Assembly (NCBI RefSeq): GCF_030028105.1
Contig: NC_092371.1
Coordinates: 13,723,884 to 13,787,883 of the forward strand
Length of the DNA: 64,000 nucleotides
Origin: Mobula birostris
Taxonomy: Eukaryota
Reading direction: 5' to 3'
Shown piece after piece: positions 59,050 through 64,000 of the stretch. Below the pieces are notes generated by a model, which made no database searches, was not told the DNA's origin, and worked only from the letters and a program-made list of their open reading frames with translations. Position 1 is the stretch's first letter. Every line of letters begins with the position of its first letter. The position numbers were made by a program, and so were the translations under genes.

Positions 59050-62000
59050 TGACCAATCAAGAATCTATCAATCTCTGTCTTAAATATACATAAATGACTG
59101 GGCCTCTACAGTTGCCTGTGGCAAAGAATTCTACAGATTCACCACCCCCTGGCTAAAGAAATTCCTCCTCATCTCCATTCTAAAAGGACACCCCTCAATT
59201 TTGAGGCTGTGTCCTCTGGTCTTAGACTCTCTCACCACAGGAAACATCCTCTCTACATCCAACCCATCAAGGCCTTTTACCATTCACTGAGGTCACTCCC
59301 ACTCCTTCTGAATTCCAGTTAGTAGAGCCCCAGAGCCATCAAACACTGCTTGTACGACGAGCCTTTCAATCCCGGAATCATTTTCCTGAAACTCCTCAAA
59401 CCCTCTCCAATGTCAGCACCGCCTTTCTAAGATAATGGCCCCAAAACTGCTCACAATACTCCAAGTGAGGCCTCACCATTTCTTCATACAGCCTCAACAT
59501 AACATCCTTGCTTTTATATTCTACGCCTCTAGAAATGAATGCTAACATTGCATTCGCCTTCCTCACCACAGACTCACCCTGCAAACTAACCTCTAGGGAA
59601 TCCTGCACAAGGACTCCCAAGTCTCTTTACACCTCAGATTTTTTAATTTTCTCCCCATTTATAAAATCCATTACCCATACGCTTCCTGGTACTGAATTCC
59701 ATCCACCACTTTGTCCATTCTCCCAGTCCTGCAGACTCCCTGCTTCCTCAACACTACCTGTCCCTCCACCTACCTTTGTGTTGTTCACAAATTTGGCCAC
59801 AAACTCATCAAAACCATGATGTACAATGTAAAAAGAATCAGTCCCAACAACAACCTCTGCGGTGCACCACTAGACTTGGGCAGCTAATGAGAAAAGGCTC
59901 CCTTTATTCCCACTCTTTGCCTCCTGCCAATCAGCCAATGCTCTATCCATGCTAGTACGTCTCCTGTAAAATCATGGACTCTTAACTTGTTAGGGTAGCC
60001 TCAAGTGTGGCAGCTTGTGCAAGCCCTTCTGAAAATCCAACTACATAACATCCACTAATTTTTCTGTCTTTTGTCTGCCCTGCTGTTACTTCCTCAAAGA
60101 ATTCTATCAGATTTATTAGGTAAGATTCTCCCTGACGGAAACCATGCTGACTATGGCCTATTTCATCATGTGCCTTGCAAGTACCCCAAAACCACATCCT
60201 CAACAATCAACTCCAACATCTTCTCGATCGCTGATGTCAGGCTAACTAGCCTATAAATTCCTTTCTTCTTCTCTCTCCCTTCTTGAAGAGTGGAGTGACA
60301 TTTGCAGTTTTCCAGTCTTCCTGAACCATTCCAGAAACTGGCAATAACTTGAAAGATCATTACTAATGCCTCCACACTCTTCAGCCAACTCTGGGGTGTA
60401 CACAATCTGGCCCAGGTAACTTACCTACCTTCAGACCTTTCACCCAAACACCTCCTCCCTATTAATGGCAGCTTCACTCTCAAGCTTTCTGCACACTGCT
60501 AGTGTCTTCCACAGTGAAGACTTACTCAGTTCATCCACCATTTCCTTGTCCCCCAATACTACCTCTCCAGCATCGTTTCCCGGTGCTGCTATATCTGCTT
60601 TTGCCTCGCTTTCACTCTATATCTGAAAAAAACATTTGGTATCCTCTTTGATATCGTTGGCTAACTCAGCTTCTTATTTCATCTTGTTGCTTCTTTTGCT
60701 GCATTCTTTTGGTTTTTAAGAGCCTCCCAATCCTCTAACTTCCCACTAATTTTTGCTCCATTATACACCCGCTCTTTTGTTTTTCTGTTGGCTTTGACTT
60801 CCCTTGGCAGCCACAGTTGTATCCTCCTGCCTTTAGAATACTTCTTCCTCTTTGGGATGTTTCTATATCCCAAATTGCTCCCAGGAATTCTGCTGTTATC
60901 TTTGCTACTTCCCCCTTCCAATCAACTTTGCCCTGTTTCTTTCTCATACCTCTATAATTCCCTTTACCCCACAGTAATACAGATACATCTGACTTTGGTT
61001 TCTCCCTCTCAAGTTGCAGGGGTGAATTCTGCAACACCCAGTCCAGAATAGCTGATCCCCTCATGGGCTCAACCACAGGCTACCGTAAAAAAAAACAAAT
61101 TCTGACTTGGTCCAACCAAGCAGAGTTCACTGCCAAGAAGACCCACCAGTGCCTTTACTTCCTGAGAAAACTAAAGAAATTTGGCCTGTCCCCTAAAACC
61201 CTCACTAATTTTTATAGATGCACCGTAGAAAGCATTCTTCTAGGGTGTATCACAACCTGGTATGGAAGTTGTCCTGTCCAAGACTGGAAGAAGCTGCAGA
61301 AGATCGTGAACACGGAGCAGCACATCACACAAACCAATCTTCCGTCCGTGGACTCACTTTACACCGCACGCTGTCAGAGCAGTGCTGCCAGGATAATCAA
61401 GGACACGACCCACCCAGCCAACAGTCTTTTTGTTCCTCTTCCCTCTGGGAGAAGGCTCAGGAGCTTGAAGACTTGTACGGCCAGATGTGGGAACAGCTTC
61501 TTTCCAACTGTGATAAGACTGCTGAACGGATCCTGACCCGGATCTGGGCCGTACCCTCCAAATATCCAGACCTGCCTCTCAGTTTTTTTGCACTACCTTA
61601 CTTTTCCTTTTCTATTTTCTATTTATGATTTATAATTTAAATTTTTAATATTTACTATTGATTTGTACTCCAAGGAGCGGGAAGCACAGAATCAAATATC
61701 GCTGTGATGATTGTACGCTCTACTATCAATTGTTTGGCAACAATAAAGTATAAAGTTTATATCCCTTCTCTCTTTCTTGGGATCCAAAGTCAGCACCAAC
61801 CTGATTTTCCCAATCTACCTGCATATTGAAATCCCCCATGACAATCGTAACATTGCCCTTTTGGCGTGTGCTTTCTATCTCAGTTCATAATTTGTAGCCC
61901 ACATCCTTGTTACTGTTCAGAGGCCTGTATCTAATTCCCGTCATGATCTTTTTACCTTTGCAGTTTGTTAAGTCTAACCAGCGATTCTCTATTTTCTGAT

Positions 62001-62260
62001 CCTGCGTTACCTCTTTCTAAGGATTTCATTGCATTTTTTACCAACAGAGCCACACCACTTCCTCTGCCTACCCGCCTGTCCTTTCGAGCGATGTGTGTCC
62101 TTGGATGCACCCAACCATAATCTTCTCTCAGCCATGATTCAGTGATGCCCACTACATCACACCTGCCAATCTCTAACTGAGCTACCTTATTCCGTGTGCC
62201 ATGTGCATTCAAGTTGAATGCTGTCTGTCCTGTGTTCACCCTTCTTGATTTTGTCCGCAT
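59050..62260 (-). mobile_element. Long degenerate CR1 LINE in GLMP intron 4, interrupted by Rex1-type insertion 61100-61757
   Basis: [39 protein letters not shown] motifs. Confidence 0.85.
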
Positions 62261-63239
62261 TTTACGTTGCAACTCATCCTGTTGACCGCAATCTTGCCCG
62301 TTCATCTGATGGAATCTACTCGCTTCGTACTGCGCCCACTTCCTCCGGTTCCAGGCATAAATTCTGTACTTTGCCCTCGAGTGGACTTACCCTTGTGTTT
62401 GGAACTGGAATTGCAATACGTGGGCCTGCGGGTCTGGGGGTGTTGAGGAGGCTATGGAGAGGAGACCCACCACAACATGGCCTGGATCAGGGAGCATGAG
62501 CAGTGAGCGGCCTGGGGATCCTCTTTAATCCTTCCTACCCAGAGGCATTTCTGACCCTCTTGGGGGTGGGGGAGAACAGATCTTTGTGTGGGAGGGTAGA
62601 AACCACAGACTGGGGAAGTGTCTGTGGAGTTGGATTTTGCTGAGGGAGTCGGGAGGAGAGGTCTCTTCACCCTGGACCGGGTTTCGGGTGGTGGGGGGAG
62701 CCCCCCACCTATCTCACACCAGGTTTCAGGTAAGAGAGGCTCCCTCAACCTGGGACAGGTTCACTGGGAGGGGGAGGGTGGTTCCTGGTGTAGGACAGGT
62801 GGGGGTCTCTGCCGTTCCTTTCGATTCGTCGGCTTGCTCTCCATATTGCAGTGCCCTGGCCTGCGTATCAACTGATCGGAGACAACAGGACACAGCATTT
62901 GTGGTCGATCCTGGCCAGCGGAAACTTACAAACAGAAGTTATTTCAGAGAGGTTCTCTCAGCCCAGGTTGCCAGGTGGGGGGAGGTGTTGGGATTTTGGA
63001 GGGAGGGGTGCTAGGTGAACCCTCACTCCCTCTGTGCCTGGGGCCAGCTTCGGTGGAGGGGTGTGATCTTGATGGGTCAGTGGGGTGGGAGGTAACAGGT
63101 GGACTGTGCCTGGGCCAGGTTTGGTGGTGGTGGTGGGGGCTGTCTGATTTCAGGGTGTTTTTTTTTGGTGGGGTGATTTTGGAGCGGGGTGAGAGGTGAC
63201 TAAGAGGCTGACGGACCCCTCCTCTCTCTCTTTCCCCAG

Positions 63240-63520
63240 GTGAGCAAGCTGGTGGGGGCTCCGGAGAACGGCAGTAGCCAGCGTGGTTTTCTGCAGTGGA
63301 AGCCTGTGGCCTATGGCGCTGTCCGGCCCCTGCGTGCTAACTCCATGCAGTCCCGCGACTATGGGCTGCGGACGGGGCATAATCGCAGCCTCCCCACTGC
63401 CAGCCTGGCTTTCGCCTTCAACCGGACGGCGCCCACGCGACACACACGCCTCTTTGCCCTCAACGTCTCCTTCGGCAGCGCCGGCCAGCGGCTCTACCCC
63501 ACCCACCACTATATCAGCTG
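63240..63520 (+). CDS. GLMP: GLMP exon 5, VSKLVGAPENGSSQRGFLQWKPVAY...ALNVSFG...HHYISW (gene continues beyond the window)
   Basis: Matches GFAQWRPVAY and HYLSW; CCCCAG/GTGAGT. Confidence 0.92.
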
Positions 63521-63534
63521 GTGAGTTGGCCTTC

Positions 63535-63760
63535 TGCGGGGGAGGGGGGTTAGCGAGGGGAGGGGGGGGTTAGTGGGGGGAGGGGTGTTAGCGAGGGGAG
63601 GGGGATTAGCGAGGGGGAGGTGGGATTAGCGGTGTGGGATTGGAGATGGGAGGCGGGGTCAGTGGGGGGAGGGGGTCAGCGGGGGGGTGTGGTCAACGAG
63701 GGGGAGGCGGGGTCTGCGAGGGGAGGCGGGGTCAGTGAGGGGGAGGCGGGATTAGCACAG
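63535..63760. repeat. G-rich low-complexity tandem repeat in GLMP intron 5
   Basis: Repeated GGGGAGG(C/G)GGG(T/A)..AGC units. Confidence 0.75.
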
Positions 63761-64000
63761 GGAAGGGTGCTCAGAGCAGTAGGCAGACTAACAGGCAAGG
63801 CAATCAGAATCAGGCATATGCCATGAAATTTGTTGTTCCACGGCAGCAGTACATTACAATGCATAAGAATAAAAGCTGTAAATTACAATCAGAAAGATAT
63901 ATAGAAAAGTAAATCTATTAATTAGCGCGAAAAGGGAGAAGAGCAAAGGTAGCGTTCATGGGTTCATTGTCCATTCAGAAATCTGATGGCGGAGGGGAAG

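Overview
Eukaryotic, repeat-rich vertebrate genomic DNA. The repeat content (CR1, Rex1/Babar-type, Penelope, HE1/V-SINE-like SINEs) suggests a cartilaginous fish, probably a ray; this is inference. Three protein-coding genes lie on the + strand. (1) The last coding exon of HORMAD1 (106-195). (2) A complete 14-exon CCT3 (TRiC/CCT gamma; CDS 17499-41439, 1623 nt, 540 aa, all GT-AG introns) with a CpG-island promoter. (3) Exons 1-5 of GLMP (43833-63520), whose last exon lies beyond the window. Most remaining sequence is transposon debris: CR1, Rex1-like, Nimb/I-like and Dong/R4 LINEs, Penelope elements with decayed hammerhead ribozymes, Tc1 and hAT DNA transposons/MITEs, SINEs and minisatellites. 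Most notable points: CCT3 is intact but substituted at several normally invariant residues; two CpG-rich coding-like islands (6.3-7.1 kb, 9.2-10.7 kb) are unexplained; a 5'-inverted Penelope insertion with a 14-bp TSD sits inside a Tc1; the hAT elements are mosaic; and there is a 28-bp pre-miRNA-like hairpin. Protein and repeat identifications are from recalled sequences, not database searches, and repeat boundaries are approximate unless TSDs are given.
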